Assembly: GCA_001770205.1 (NCBI GenBank)
Contig: MEQL01000031.1
Span: 1-64,000 of the forward strand
Direction of reading: 5' to 3'
Source of the DNA: Bdellovibrionales bacterium RIFOXYD12_FULL_39_22
Lineage (GTDB): Bacteria; Bdellovibrionota; Bacteriovoracia; Bacteriovoracales; Bacteriovoracaceae
DNA length: 64,000 bases
In this document: in pieces, positions 31,226-41,286 of the stretch
Position numbering within the stretch: the first letter of the stretch is position 1
Layout of the letters: every line of letters begins with the position of its first letter
The notes under the pieces: model-generated
What the model was told of the DNA's origin: nothing
Database searches by the model: none
The model's input: only the letters and a program-made list of their open reading frames with translations
Program-made: the position numbers and the translations under genes

Positions 31226-33253
31226 TTAAGGCAAAGCAGTCCAAACTCCAGTGCCGCTTATACATTTATAACTTTTTCCACCGCACTGTGCTGTTTCGTT
31301 TATGCGTGCAGCAGTGCAATCATAGCGCGGTGTCCAGTCATAACCATTGCCGTTTAGATTGCGACACCAATATTTAATTGATCTTTCTTCTACTATCAAA
31401 TCGCAAGGAGTAGTAGGGGCACAGGTAGCATTTGGCAGCGTATGCCATTCGAGGTTGGTTCCTTGAATACATTTTTGACGAGAGCCTCCGCAAAGCGCAT
31501 AATCTCCGATTCTGCCATTAGTGCAAATTTGGCGAGAAACCCATTTATAATTGTTGTGACTGTTTAAGCTTCGACACCAAAGAGTTGTTCCGCTTTCAGA
31601 AGAGATTGTTTGGCCACAGGGTATAGTACTGTCGCATGCTCCGCCGTATTCGGTTGGTGGTTGTACTACTGGCAAAACGGTATCAGTTTGTCTACTCTCT
31701 GTAACTACTTCTTGCGCTGCTGCCAGAGTGCTAGAGTAAAAATTTTTCTCAGCATTAAGACATCCAGTGCTGCTAACAGAAGAGCAATTTGCAGTAAAGG
31801 CTTCGCTTTGGAAAAATTGAGGAATGGAATAGCAAAATTTATTAGAGACCCCACTGCTAGCACGACATTGTCCGATAGGGATAGCACTGATACAAGAGGA
31901 AGGACTATTCCCGCTATCTAGGCCCGAAAGATTTAGTTGGGCATTGCTACATATGTCTTCAGTTTTTGAGACGCTGATAAAATAGATGGAGCAATGGCCA
32001 TCACCTTTTCCGTAAACGATAGGAGTTGCTTGACTTAGATGTAAAACTCCGCTGGTATTGCAGCCATTAAACTCTGAAATATAACCAGCGTTACAAAAAA
32101 GTGATTTGCTATATGCCAATGTCGCAGGAAGCTGACTCTCCGGGTGATTGTTGGAGGAGGCCGTAAAGCTATATCCTAGAGAACCATCTTCTTTTAACCA
32201 CGTTTTATATCTATTCAGGTAAGTGCAAAATTGCAGAGGAGAGTTATAGCGGTGCAGTATAGAATCGCTGTCAGTAGATAGTGGGCGATAATGAGAAGTT
32301 ATCGGAATTGCCAGTTTGGGATAGTTTTGCATCCAGTATTTTGCTAAGGGAGTGCAGTGGCCTGCAAAAACAGAAGGGGCATGTTGACTTAAATCAAAAT
32401 AATAAATTGTTTGGCCGCATTTGAAAATTTTCACGCCGGGATGAACTGTAAATTCCACCTCGGTTCCTGGAACTTTATTGGTTCCAATATTAAGGACAAG
32501 TCCTAGAAACATTTGATTGAAGGCCGCATCGCTGGAAAGGTACCTGGCATATTCATTGTTTGCTTTAAAATTATTATTGGTGTGTGATCGATATTGATTG
32601 GGAATGGCCGGAATAGAAAGCATCGAATTGCTGGGAAAAAAGGCAGAGATCATATTTATAAAATCGCGATTGCCAGAAAAGTTATATATGTAGTGGATAG
32701 GATCTATTTCTCTTAGGTAGGTAGGAGGATTATTTGGGGTTTTATAGATTGCAGTTGAGTTTTTTCTCCCCTCAAATTCATTAACTGCATTGCTAGATTT
32801 TTCTTGTGTGCGCTCGAGCCATCCAAAATGGATTGGCAATCGATCACCTTTTTTTGTATGGGCCCAAAAATCATCCAAAAATTTTTGCAAATTACCATCA
32901 TAATCTTGTCCTGCACGTTGAAGAGTCCACCCTTTTTTAGTCTTACAAAAACCATTCCAGTCAGAACCATGTGCTGAAAAACCAAAAAGAATTTCGCTAG
33001 AGTTGTTGGTTCGTTCTCCAGCACACTTAAATTGCCAATTACCACTATTTTTAGTAGCGCTTTTTACGTTTAGTATGACCTCGTTACGGCCATAACAGTA
33101 TAGATTGTCGCAATCACACTGATTGATACTTCCAACTGCATTTGCACTGTCGCAATTTTTTTGATTAGTGGCCGAGTAGGTTGGAGAGATAATCAGGGCC
33201 ATAAGCATAAAAGATAGAAAAGAAAGAAAATTGTGGATATTAAGTTGTGACAT
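31226..33253 (-). CDS. Secreted Cys-rich protein with two C-terminal 6-Cys repeats
   Basis: Signal peptide; CDSTIPC..WCRSLN..W..C..CGG..KC..WHTLP repeated as CAPTTPC..WCRNLN..W..C..CGG..KC..WTALP. Confidence 0.75.
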   Translation of the reverse strand: MSQLNIHNFLSFLSFMLMALIISPTYSATNQKNCDSANAVGSINQCDCDNLYCYGRNEVILNVKSATKNSGNWQFKCAGERTNNSSEILFGFSAHGSDWNGFCKTKKGWTLQRAGQDYDGNLQKFLDDFWAHTKKGDRLPIHFGWLERTQEKSSNAVNEFEGRKNSTAIYKTPNNPPTYLREIDPIHYIYNFSGNRDFINMISAFFPSNSMLSIPAIPNQYRSHTNNNFKANNEYARYLSSDAAFNQMFLGLVLNIGTNKVPGTEVEFTVHPGVKIFKCGQTIYYFDLSQHAPSVFAGHCTPLAKYWMQNYPKLAIPITSHYRPLSTDSDSILHRYNSPLQFCTYLNRYKTWLKEDGSLGYSFTASSNNHPESQLPATLAYSKSLFCNAGYISEFNGCNTSGVLHLSQATPIVYGKGDGHCSIYFISVSKTEDICSNAQLNLSGLDSGNSPSSCISAIPIGQCRASSGVSNKFCYSIPQFFQSEAFTANCSSVSSTGCLNAEKNFYSSTLAAAQEVVTESRQTDTVLPVVQPPTEYGGACDSTIPCGQTISSESGTTLWCRSLNSHNNYKWVSRQICTNGRIGDYALCGGSRQKCIQGTNLEWHTLPNATCAPTTPCDLIVEERSIKYWCRNLNGNGYDWTPRYDCTAARINETAQCGGKSYKCISGTGVWTALP

Positions 33254-33262
33254 ATCGATCTC

Positions 33263-34378
33263 CTATTTAATGGCCGAGTATGTGCCATGTTTGATGGCCT
33301 TTTTTAGATTTTTGAGTTCTTTTTGCAAATTTAAAATTGCTTCATCTTGTTGGCGTATTTTTACGTTTTGTTCCTTAATGGTTTCGATCATAGGAGCAAT
33401 TAGGCCAATATAGTTAAGGCCTTTGACTCCTGCGTTATCAGTATGAACTAACTCTGGATAGACCGTTTCTACTTGTTGTGCGATCAGTCCCATGGTGCGA
33501 TTTGGATTATCTCGGAAATAGTAAGAGACGCCTTGGAGTTGTTCAATTTTCTTTGAAGAGTTTTTGAGTATATCTATTTTGCTCTTTAAGCGTTCATCTG
33601 AGGTATAGGCCGTGTTATCAACTGTGAGTGTAGAAAAACTGGCACTACTGCTGGTGATCAAAGCTGCAACAGTTACGTTATTAACGGCCAAGGAATCAAC
33701 ACTGAGACCACCGCTACCAATATTGGTAGTTCCGATTTCTAAACTATCTGCCTTAATGGCACCGGCAACATCCAGTGCTGCCCCCGGGTTTTCTGTTTTG
33801 ATACCCAAATTAAGTTCGCCATCGATATAAACGCCATCAGTACCAGGGGGGCCAAATTTTAAAATCTCATTTTCTTTATTTGCAAAGATGGAGTTACATG
33901 AGGCAATTAATTTAAGATCTGAATTGTCTACACTTAGCTCTATGGCCTTTTTGGTTTTTTTATTTCCTTTCTCAAAAGTTACAGTGATATTCAATTTATT
34001 ATTTTCAAGTTGGGTAGTGTCGGCGTTGTAAGATAAAATTTTTACGCGACTACTTCCATATTGAATTTCGCTTCCGGCAATAAATTTGGCAGTGGTTCCG
34101 CTTACAATGTGCTCTATTGCTTTATCGTTTTGCAGCGGACTAATAGTGCTCAGGCAGTTTTCACCACTTAACAAAATGGACTCAATTTCATTTTGGATAG
34201 ATAAAATGTCATATCGGGTCTCAACCTGTTTGACGCCTTCCATCTGTGTTTTAAACAAGCTGGAAACTGCTACAGCAATTAGGGCCAAAAGTGCCGCACT
34301 AGTTAATATTTCAATTAGAGTAAAACCATTAGAAGTTCGCATTTCTCTTAAAATAAGACGGCCATTTCTTGGGGCCAT
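33263..34378 (-). CDS. Type IV prepilin-like protein fused to an S74 tail-fibre intramolecular chaperone
   Basis: GFTLIEIL N-methylation motif plus TM; GIKTENPGAALDVAG fibre repeat; SDERLK..GLIAQQVE..PELV..LNYIGLIAPMIETIKE plus coiled coil; GAGGA RBS. Confidence 0.88.
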   Translation of the reverse strand: MAPRNGRLILREMRTSNGFTLIEILTSAALLALIAVAVSSLFKTQMEGVKQVETRYDILSIQNEIESILLSGENCLSTISPLQNDKAIEHIVSGTTAKFIAGSEIQYGSSRVKILSYNADTTQLENNKLNITVTFEKGNKKTKKAIELSVDNSDLKLIASCNSIFANKENEILKFGPPGTDGVYIDGELNLGIKTENPGAALDVAGAIKADSLEIGTTNIGSGGLSVDSLAVNNVTVAALITSSSASFSTLTVDNTAYTSDERLKSKIDILKNSSKKIEQLQGVSYYFRDNPNRTMGLIAQQVETVYPELVHTDNAGVKGLNYIGLIAPMIETIKEQNVKIRQQDEAILNLQKELKNLKKAIKHGTYSAIK

Positions 34379-34432
34379 AAACAATTCCTCTGGTTATTTG
34401 ACCTGACGCTATTAATTTAATACGCACCTTTA

Positions 34433-34461
34433 ATTCTAGGTAGCTACCAGAATATATGCAA
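34433..34461 (-). promoter_or_regulatory. Sigma-70-like promoter of the pilin-S74 gene
   Basis: Minus strand TTGCAT-N17-TAGAAT. Confidence 0.5.
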
Positions 34462-34568
34462 GACTCTTTTAAACTATCACTCTAAACATCTGATTTTTGA
34501 AATATTCATGGTATAAATGTTGCCTCAAATAATTGACAAGAGCTAATCTCCAAACTTATCAGTGCTTA

Positions 34569-36254
34569 TTATTTGAATTTAAGCAAAGATTTTTCGTAAA
34601 ACTCTGGGGCCTGGTATCCCAGGAGATTTAAAAAAGTTGCGGCCACGTTGGCAATACCAGGAACGGGAAATTTTGCCTTGTCCGTAACATCAATTTCATA
34701 TTCCCTCTTAAAGTTGTTGTCTATGATTAAAAAGGGAACTGGATTGAGTGTATGACTGGTTATGATCTTTCCTTTTTCATCGATTTTCTCCTCCGAGTTG
34801 CCGTGGTCGGCCGTTATGATTACGATTCCATTTTGCGAAGAAACTTTGCTGACAATATCTGCAAGACAAGTATCAACTTCCTTTATGGATTCGACGCAGG
34901 CGTTGATATTGCCGGTGTGGCCAACCATATCACCGTTGGCCAAGTTTATGCGTAAAAACTTATATTGCTTGCTATCAAGCGCACTAAGTAATTTTTTTGT
35001 TACTTCTCGGGCCTTCATCTTAGGATTGCGTTCGATCATTTCGTTGGGATCAGAGGGGGTATTTTCATAGGTTTCCAGCTTGGCATCGATAAATCCACTT
35101 TTGTTGCCATTCCAAAAATAGGTGACGTGTCCATACTTATGGGTTTCTGCTCCAGCATAAGAGCGAATTTTCATAGCACAAAGATATTCAGAGGCAGTGT
35201 TTTTAATTTCGGGAGGAGAAACTAAGTAACGTTGGGGAAGTTTACTGTCGCCATCGTATTCTAATAGGCCGGCATAATTAACTTTGGGACGGTGAAGACG
35301 ATCGAAGTGAGGAAAGTTATCTAATTCAAAAGCTTGAGAGATTTGAATGGCACGATCTCCGCGAAAGTTAAAATTAATAACGGCATCACCATCTTCCATT
35401 TTGCCAATTGGCCTCATGTTATCGTCAACGATGACAAATGAAGGGTTAAATTGGTCTTGCTTGGAAGGCCATATTTCTCGCGCTCGCATTATTGCTGATT
35501 TGGCATTACGAAAATATCCGGGATAATTATCATGAATATCAGCTTTATCTACTTGTCCAAGAACGTGAGCATACCATCCACGGCGAACGATATTCCAGTC
35601 TGAACCATAGCGATCCATGGTGACATGCATGCGCCCACCTCCGGAAGCGATCTGGGCATCTAGGCCAGTATTTCGTAGTTCGACAAGTTTGTTTTCTAGC
35701 TTATCAATGAAAAGTAGGCCAGAGTCAGGAGCTACATCCCTTCCATCCAACAGGGGATGAATACGAATTTTTTTTATGCCATCTTTTTTGCATCCCTCTA
35801 AAATTTTAAAAAGATGCGAAATGTTTGAATGAACATTTCCATCAGAGAGCAATCCAATGAAATGGATGGTTTTATTTTGATTGGCGGCCGTGATAACAAC
35901 ATTTTTCCAATTATCACTTTTAAAAAAACGGCCGCTATCTAGAGACTCCCCAACAAGCTTTGCCCCTTGTGCATAGATTTGTCCAGCTCCCAGCGCATTG
36001 TGTCCAACCTCGCTATTTCCCATGTCACCATCCGAAGGAAGTCCAATGGCCTTTCCATGAGCACGTAGTTGTGTGTAGAGTTTGTTTTTTTTTGCCTCGG
36101 AAATAAACCGATTATAATTTTCAGGCCGTGCCAACCATACGGCATTGCCAGGATATTCTTTTCCGACCCCGACGCCATCTAAAATAACGAGAACGACTGG
36201 GCCTATACGGCCTTGAAATTGTGGTAAGCGATTTAGAGTATGTATTTGCGCCAT
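34569..36254 (-). CDS. gpmI: 2,3-bisphosphoglycerate-independent phosphoglycerate mutase
   Basis: ILDGVG, MGNSEVGH, SDGNVHS, NFRGDR, AETHKYGHVT, DMVGHTG, TADHGN; ORF track start 36266. Confidence 0.96.
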   Translation of the reverse strand: MAQIHTLNRLPQFQGRIGPVVLVILDGVGVGKEYPGNAVWLARPENYNRFISEAKKNKLYTQLRAHGKAIGLPSDGDMGNSEVGHNALGAGQIYAQGAKLVGESLDSGRFFKSDNWKNVVITAANQNKTIHFIGLLSDGNVHSNISHLFKILEGCKKDGIKKIRIHPLLDGRDVAPDSGLLFIDKLENKLVELRNTGLDAQIASGGGRMHVTMDRYGSDWNIVRRGWYAHVLGQVDKADIHDNYPGYFRNAKSAIMRAREIWPSKQDQFNPSFVIVDDNMRPIGKMEDGDAVINFNFRGDRAIQISQAFELDNFPHFDRLHRPKVNYAGLLEYDGDSKLPQRYLVSPPEIKNTASEYLCAMKIRSYAGAETHKYGHVTYFWNGNKSGFIDAKLETYENTPSDPNEMIERNPKMKAREVTKKLLSALDSKQYKFLRINLANGDMVGHTGNINACVESIKEVDTCLADIVSKVSSQNGIVIITADHGNSEEKIDEKGKIITSHTLNPVPFLIIDNNFKREYEIDVTDKAKFPVPGIANVAATFLNLLGYQAPEFYEKSLLKFK

Positions 36255-36304
36255 AGGTATCTCCATTTTAAAAATATTGATCTATTATTTTCTGAGAAAG
36301 TGTA

Positions 36305-37705
36305 TCACTTGTTAAGAAGGTTGGCCTTAGCTGTTTTTAAATCTTCTATTTCTTTTTCTAAAATTTTTTTACTGCTTAGTGCCTTTTCTGATTCAACTTT
36401 CAATGTAACTTTTTGTAGCTTTAATTCAGCTAAAGTTGCTTGTAATTCAGATTTCGCTTTTGCTATTTCGCCCTCGATTTGTTCTTTTTCTCTGTTGAGT
36501 TGAATGTTTTTATCAACCATTTCGTCTTCAGCTTGCTTTTTTCTATCAAGAAGTCCTGTTATTTCGCATTCCATAGAGATTTTCTTTTCTTCTAGTGCCA
36601 CGCTTTCTACTTTGCAAGAGCCCATTTCTTTTCTAATCAACTCTAGTTCATCGCGCAAATCTTTTTTTGAAAGTTCTAAAGAGCTAATCTCTTTTTGTGC
36701 TTCTGCTCTTTTTTGTTCAAGTGTGTCTTTAAGTTCGGCAACACTAAGCTGTAATTTTTGTTTTATATCTTCTTGTTGCAAAATGATGTCTTCAATGTTT
36801 TTTTTGTCGATTTCTTTTAGTTTAAACTCTCGTTCGGAAATAACTTTTTTGGATTGAAGTTCTTGTAGTTCAACCTCTAAATTCATTTTTGCAATTTTGA
36901 GTTCCGATTCTCGGGCCTCAATCGCAATCTTCTTTTCCTTGCCTAGCTTATCTAGTTCAGCTTGTAATTCGATGATCTTTTTTTTATTAGTGGCCATTTC
37001 GTTGCGCATTTCAAGTACGTTTTTTTGATTTTCATCTAATTCTTTTTGATTTTTATTTTTTTGTACAATTATTGCTTCTAGTGCCAAGGTGTTGTCATTT
37101 AATTTACTACGGCCATCTGCTAACTCGTTAGTGATTTTAATTATCAACTCATTTTTTGCCTTTATTTCTCCTTCGGCCGCCAGTTTCATAGCATTAATAT
37201 CTGCTAAAGCGTGATCTCGTAGTTGTTTTAGTTCTACTTCTAGTTTTTCTTGGGCCATCACTCTTTTTTGGGCCAATTCATCTTCAACATTAAATCGCAT
37301 TCGGGTTATTTCATCTTGGGCCTCTTTTTTTACTTTATCAATGGCCGCATTGTTGGATGTTTTGTTGCTAGGTGTGGTTGCGGCAGCCTCTTTATCCGCA
37401 GAGTTGACAATGGACAGCTTTATATATTTTTTTGAGGGCCCCAATCTTATTTTGTTATTTGAGTTATAAGTAATTTCCTGTTTGGCATGTAGGCGATTTT
37501 TTTCTACGAATGTTCCGTTAGAAGAGCCCTCATCAAGTAAGTAAATAGTGTTGTTCTTGATTGTAACAATTAGATGATTGCGACTTATGCCATCTTCATC
37601 GATAATAATATCTGCCTTAGTTGAGCGGCCGATGACGAAGCGATCCGCATTAATCATCGTTGATTTGACTCCGTCATCAGAATGGATTTCAACTTTGCAG
37701 GCCAC
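36305..37705 (-). CDS. FHA domain + long coiled-coil protein
   Basis: IGRS..ISRNH..SSNGT FHA motifs, then ~340 aa of heptad-rich E/K sequence. Confidence 0.88.
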   Translation of the reverse strand: MACKVEIHSDDGVKSTMINADRFVIGRSTKADIIIDEDGISRNHLIVTIKNNTIYLLDEGSSNGTFVEKNRLHAKQEITYNSNNKIRLGPSKKYIKLSIVNSADKEAAATTPSNKTSNNAAIDKVKKEAQDEITRMRFNVEDELAQKRVMAQEKLEVELKQLRDHALADINAMKLAAEGEIKAKNELIIKITNELADGRSKLNDNTLALEAIIVQKNKNQKELDENQKNVLEMRNEMATNKKKIIELQAELDKLGKEKKIAIEARESELKIAKMNLEVELQELQSKKVISEREFKLKEIDKKNIEDIILQQEDIKQKLQLSVAELKDTLEQKRAEAQKEISSLELSKKDLRDELELIRKEMGSCKVESVALEEKKISMECEITGLLDRKKQAEDEMVDKNIQLNREKEQIEGEIAKAKSELQATLAELKLQKVTLKVESEKALSSKKILEKEIEDLKTAKANLLNK

Positions 37706-37730
37706 GGCCCTCTCGTCTGCGTCAATTAAA

Positions 37731-38846
37731 TTATGACGCCTTCTTATTTATATCATTTTTTTTCTCGTCAGTTGAAGTCCGAAGTGGTGCAGTGAAAGAT
37801 GAAAGATCAGACATTTCTGAAAGATGCCCATCTTCAGAAATACTGCTATGATCTGTATCTTCTGGAAGCGAGTGCATTCTGCCAGTGTCATATGTGATTT
37901 TTTCTTTGCTTTTTGATAGCTGATTTCTAACCGCCTCTTCTGCCAATGCTTCAAGTGGATCGCGGTGCTCATCGAAATTGGGAATTTCGCTTGGTAGTTG
38001 ATTATCTGTACTGCGGTTCCACAACATATCAAGACAATTTTCAAAACGATCTACGATGCTAACAAAAAGTTTTTCGGGATTGAAGGTTGTGTTAACGAAA
38101 GTCATTCCAACGGACAAAAGAATTCCAATAATAGATGTTCCCATGGAAAAGGCCATGCTTACTAAGAATCCATCCATGATCCGTTTTGTTCCTTCTACGT
38201 CTTGCAGATCCATTCCGCCCAAGGTCGGCAGTGCCTGCATGATTCCCAAAAAGGTTCCAAAAATACCGCCGATGATAAACATTCCTGGCATGATATTTAT
38301 GATGTCGTTTAGTACACCGGAGGGGAAGAGGAAAATTCCAAAGATATTTTTAAAGCAGGGATTGTTTTGGAAAACGTTTTTTGAGATTTCCATCAATTTT
38401 GGAGGTTGTCCACCATGTTTTAAAAATTTGATTTGCTTAATAGTATCTTTAACTAAGATCGCCACTCCAAATTGAATTAAAAAAAGTCGGTCGCTTAAGG
38501 CCAAAACGTAATCTGGTTTACGTCGCTTCATAATGGCGCGATACTCAAATAATTCGTAGTAGGTTTTCTCTAGTAGTCGTTTGGCAGTAACGAAAAAGGA
38601 GGTCGCTTTGGTGCATTCCGCATCATCCATAAAAAGGCGCACTCGTTTTTCAAATTCAGTTGCAAACCAATCTTCTCTTTTTATGGTCCAGAAGATCAGG
38701 CCGCGAAATGCCACCGCAAAACCAAAGGCAATCATCATTAATGGCATCAAATACGGTGCTAAGGTATCAACTGATGCTTTGATGATATAAACGACAACTT
38801 CCTGAAACCAAGAATCACTCATTACTTGTGGTGTGATCATAGACAA
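37731..38846 (-). CDS. MotA/TolQ/ExbB-family (ZorA-like) proton channel subunit
   Basis: N-terminal TM, cytoplasmic domain, PGMFIIGGIFGTFLGI and AFSMGTSIIGILLS hairpin. Confidence 0.75.
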   Translation of the reverse strand: MSMITPQVMSDSWFQEVVVYIIKASVDTLAPYLMPLMMIAFGFAVAFRGLIFWTIKREDWFATEFEKRVRLFMDDAECTKATSFFVTAKRLLEKTYYELFEYRAIMKRRKPDYVLALSDRLFLIQFGVAILVKDTIKQIKFLKHGGQPPKLMEISKNVFQNNPCFKNIFGIFLFPSGVLNDIINIMPGMFIIGGIFGTFLGIMQALPTLGGMDLQDVEGTKRIMDGFLVSMAFSMGTSIIGILLSVGMTFVNTTFNPEKLFVSIVDRFENCLDMLWNRSTDNQLPSEIPNFDEHRDPLEALAEEAVRNQLSKSKEKITYDTGRMHSLPEDTDHSSISEDGHLSEMSDLSSFTAPLRTSTDEKKNDINKKAS

Positions 38847-38851
38847 TCCCC

Positions 38852-40984
38852 TTATTTATCTTCTAGGTTAAATTTAATAATAACCTTTTGTGATTTTTTA
38901 CAATTATGTTTTTCACAATATTCTCGTTGAGTCATCCCCGAGGCAATGTTGCGGCCTTTGATTTCAGTGGCCAAGAAACTTCTTCCGGTAACTTTTACCA
39001 GTGGAGATAGTCGATCTTGGTATTTGTAGGTCATGGAGGTGGTGTCAAAAATATAGGTAAAAACGGCCTTGGCACGTTTAAAGCTCAGATCCAAGTTAAA
39101 ATCTACTGCTGAACGATATTGCGGATCTAGACTGCTGGGATCAATATATTTTCCCTGATAGGTCGGAGAGGAAAAACCAATAATTTCCACGGAAGAAATT
39201 TTTTGAGCGATCTTCTCATCTTTAAAAAGACTCATCGAATAGGTTGGCATAAATTTACGTAAAGTATCTTTCATGCTGGGTTTTAGATCGGCCCGTCCAG
39301 TTTCAAAATAGTCTTGGCCAAAGGAGATGGTAACATCTCCTGTTTCAGGATCAACATCTCCTTCGATTCCCGCCTTTTTGAAGTTCATCATAATTTCGTT
39401 GGCAAGTTTCTTTTTGGCGGCAAGTAGTTCTTGCGCTTTTTTCAAATCATCTGAGATTACGGCAATTTTATCATTTAACTCTGCCTTCTCTTTTTTAGTT
39501 TTTTCTTGAAATTCTTTGAGTGCTTTCGCCTTAGCATTTGCTGATAGCTTTTGCTTTTCTAAATTGCGTAAAAAAGTTTCACGCTCAAGCGCAATTTTTT
39601 TCTCAAAATCTTCTTTTTGGCGATTCATATCAGCTACGGCCTTGGCCTTAGCGGCATCAAGTTGTGATTGAGTCATGGCAACATCGCGAGAGAGTTTTTC
39701 TTTTTCAGCATTGGCGGCAAGTAAGGCCTGGTTGGCATCATTAATTTCAGAAGCTAGTCCGGCCAATTTACCATCAAGTGCGGCCTTCTCTGCTAACATT
39801 TTTGCTCTAAACTCTTGTTCTTTTTTTGCCCGCTCGGAGGCAGACATTTTGACCGCATTCATTGCCGCATCAAAGTCGGCCTTGTCTTTTGCCATTTGCT
39901 CAGCATAATCGCTTTTTAGTTTGTCCATGGATTCTTGATTGGCGCGTTGCAAATCGGCAAAGGCCTGTTCATTTTCCGCTTTAAGTTGTTCGTAAGATTT
40001 GCTGGCCTCCTCTAGTTCCATCGCCAGTCGAGCTTTTTCTGCATTTTGAGCACTAATTTTAGCACTTGCTTCGGTTAACTGAGTGGTGGTTTGATGAAGC
40101 TTATCGTTAGTATCTTCTAATTGCTTTTGATATTGAGTAGATTCGCCTTTGATTTGACTTATTTGGTTAGCAGTAGATTGTTGAATTTTTTCTATTGCCG
40201 CTTGCATTTCCGCTTTAGTGGTTTTGTGTAATTTATACGCAGCATTTAAGTCAGCAATCTTGCGTTCTAAAGAGTTGTTAAGCTTGGCAATGTTTTCATT
40301 ATTGATGGCGATGGCCTGTTTTTTCTCTTCAACATCTTTGGATAATTCGTTAACCTGAGCACTTTTTTGTTCAATGATATTTTCATTTTCAGCAATGATA
40401 GTCTCTTTTTCTACAATGAGTTGTGATTTTTGCTCTATATCTTGTTGCTTTTCAACAATTACCTGTGCTTTTTCTTCAATGTCCTCTTTTTGTACAATGA
40501 TAGTCTCGCGTTTGCGGACGATGTTATCATCACGACGCTGAATTCTTTCTTTTGCTAAAATGTTGGCATTGATGATGTTGCGAATAATTTGCTGATATTG
40601 GTTTAAAGCAACTTCTTTTTTTTCATTTTCCGCGGCCTGCTTTATCAGATCTTCTTTTTCTTGTTTGGCCTCGTCTTGTAATAGGGTGAGTTTGCCCATT
40701 AGTTCTTCATAAACGGCCTGTTCATCTTGAGTGACTTTTTGTAATTGATCTTGTTTTAGGGCCTCATAGACTTTGAGTTGTTGCTTGTAGTCAGCTATCT
40801 CTGCCTGCATAACTTTTTTTTCTGAATTTTTTACTAAGCTGTAGACGGTACTTCGCACGTTGGCCACTATGTACATCGCTAAGAAAACAAAAGCGATAAC
40901 AGTATACAAGTCGCTATAGGAGGCCATTTTTTCGGAGGCACTTTCGCCTTCTTTCTTTTTTAGTTTGTCGTAATCAAGACTCAT
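38852..40984 (-). CDS. MotB/ZorB-like protein: TM Asp, long coiled coil, C-terminal OmpA-like domain
   Basis: SYSD25LYTVIAFVFL TM; ~480 aa coiled coil; FETGRADLKP..VEIIGFSS..NLDLSFKRAKAV; ORF track start 41014. Confidence 0.78.
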   Translation of the reverse strand: MSLDYDKLKKKEGESASEKMASYSDLYTVIAFVFLAMYIVANVRSTVYSLVKNSEKKVMQAEIADYKQQLKVYEALKQDQLQKVTQDEQAVYEELMGKLTLLQDEAKQEKEDLIKQAAENEKKEVALNQYQQIIRNIINANILAKERIQRRDDNIVRKRETIIVQKEDIEEKAQVIVEKQQDIEQKSQLIVEKETIIAENENIIEQKSAQVNELSKDVEEKKQAIAINNENIAKLNNSLERKIADLNAAYKLHKTTKAEMQAAIEKIQQSTANQISQIKGESTQYQKQLEDTNDKLHQTTTQLTEASAKISAQNAEKARLAMELEEASKSYEQLKAENEQAFADLQRANQESMDKLKSDYAEQMAKDKADFDAAMNAVKMSASERAKKEQEFRAKMLAEKAALDGKLAGLASEINDANQALLAANAEKEKLSRDVAMTQSQLDAAKAKAVADMNRQKEDFEKKIALERETFLRNLEKQKLSANAKAKALKEFQEKTKKEKAELNDKIAVISDDLKKAQELLAAKKKLANEIMMNFKKAGIEGDVDPETGDVTISFGQDYFETGRADLKPSMKDTLRKFMPTYSMSLFKDEKIAQKISSVEIIGFSSPTYQGKYIDPSSLDPQYRSAVDFNLDLSFKRAKAVFTYIFDTTSMTYKYQDRLSPLVKVTGRSFLATEIKGRNIASGMTQREYCEKHNCKKSQKVIIKFNLEDK

Positions 40985-41028
40985 ATTTTTTTCCCGTGTT
41001 ATAAATCTAAACAAGGTTATCTACCGGT

Positions 41029-41055
41029 TTATCGGAGGTTTTTGATAAAAACTTA
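41029..41055 (-). promoter_or_regulatory. Sigma-28 (FliA)-like promoter
   Basis: Minus strand TAAG-N15-TCCGATAA versus consensus TAAA-N15-GCCGATAA. Confidence 0.6.
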
Positions 41056-41286
41056 GACTGTTATTTTTTTTCGCTATCTTCTTAATTAGTGACAAGGGAA
41101 CTAAGCGTTATTTTCTGCAGTTATTAATGGGTGGCCGACTGAACCTGTTTACTCAGATATATTATGCACTTTCCGCAAAAAAGGATGACGTACCTTTTAA
41201 AAGGAGGTATGAAGATGGTGCACTGATTTTAAAATAAACGGTGACATTGGGGCCTATTTTTAGTTATTAAACGGGACTTGATTCTT

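Noticed and set aside
36305..41014. Calling the motor locus canonical Zorya or flagellar motAB
   Set aside because: No zorC/D/E or flagellar genes, reversed order and the long coil is on the B subunit
41060..41286. Structured leader or leader peptide (AGGAGG-T-ATG AAG ATG GTG CAC TGA) before the pan operon
   Set aside because: SD spacing is too short for the first ATG and only a weak CCTTTT/AAAAGG palindrome is present; an Rfam scan would be needed
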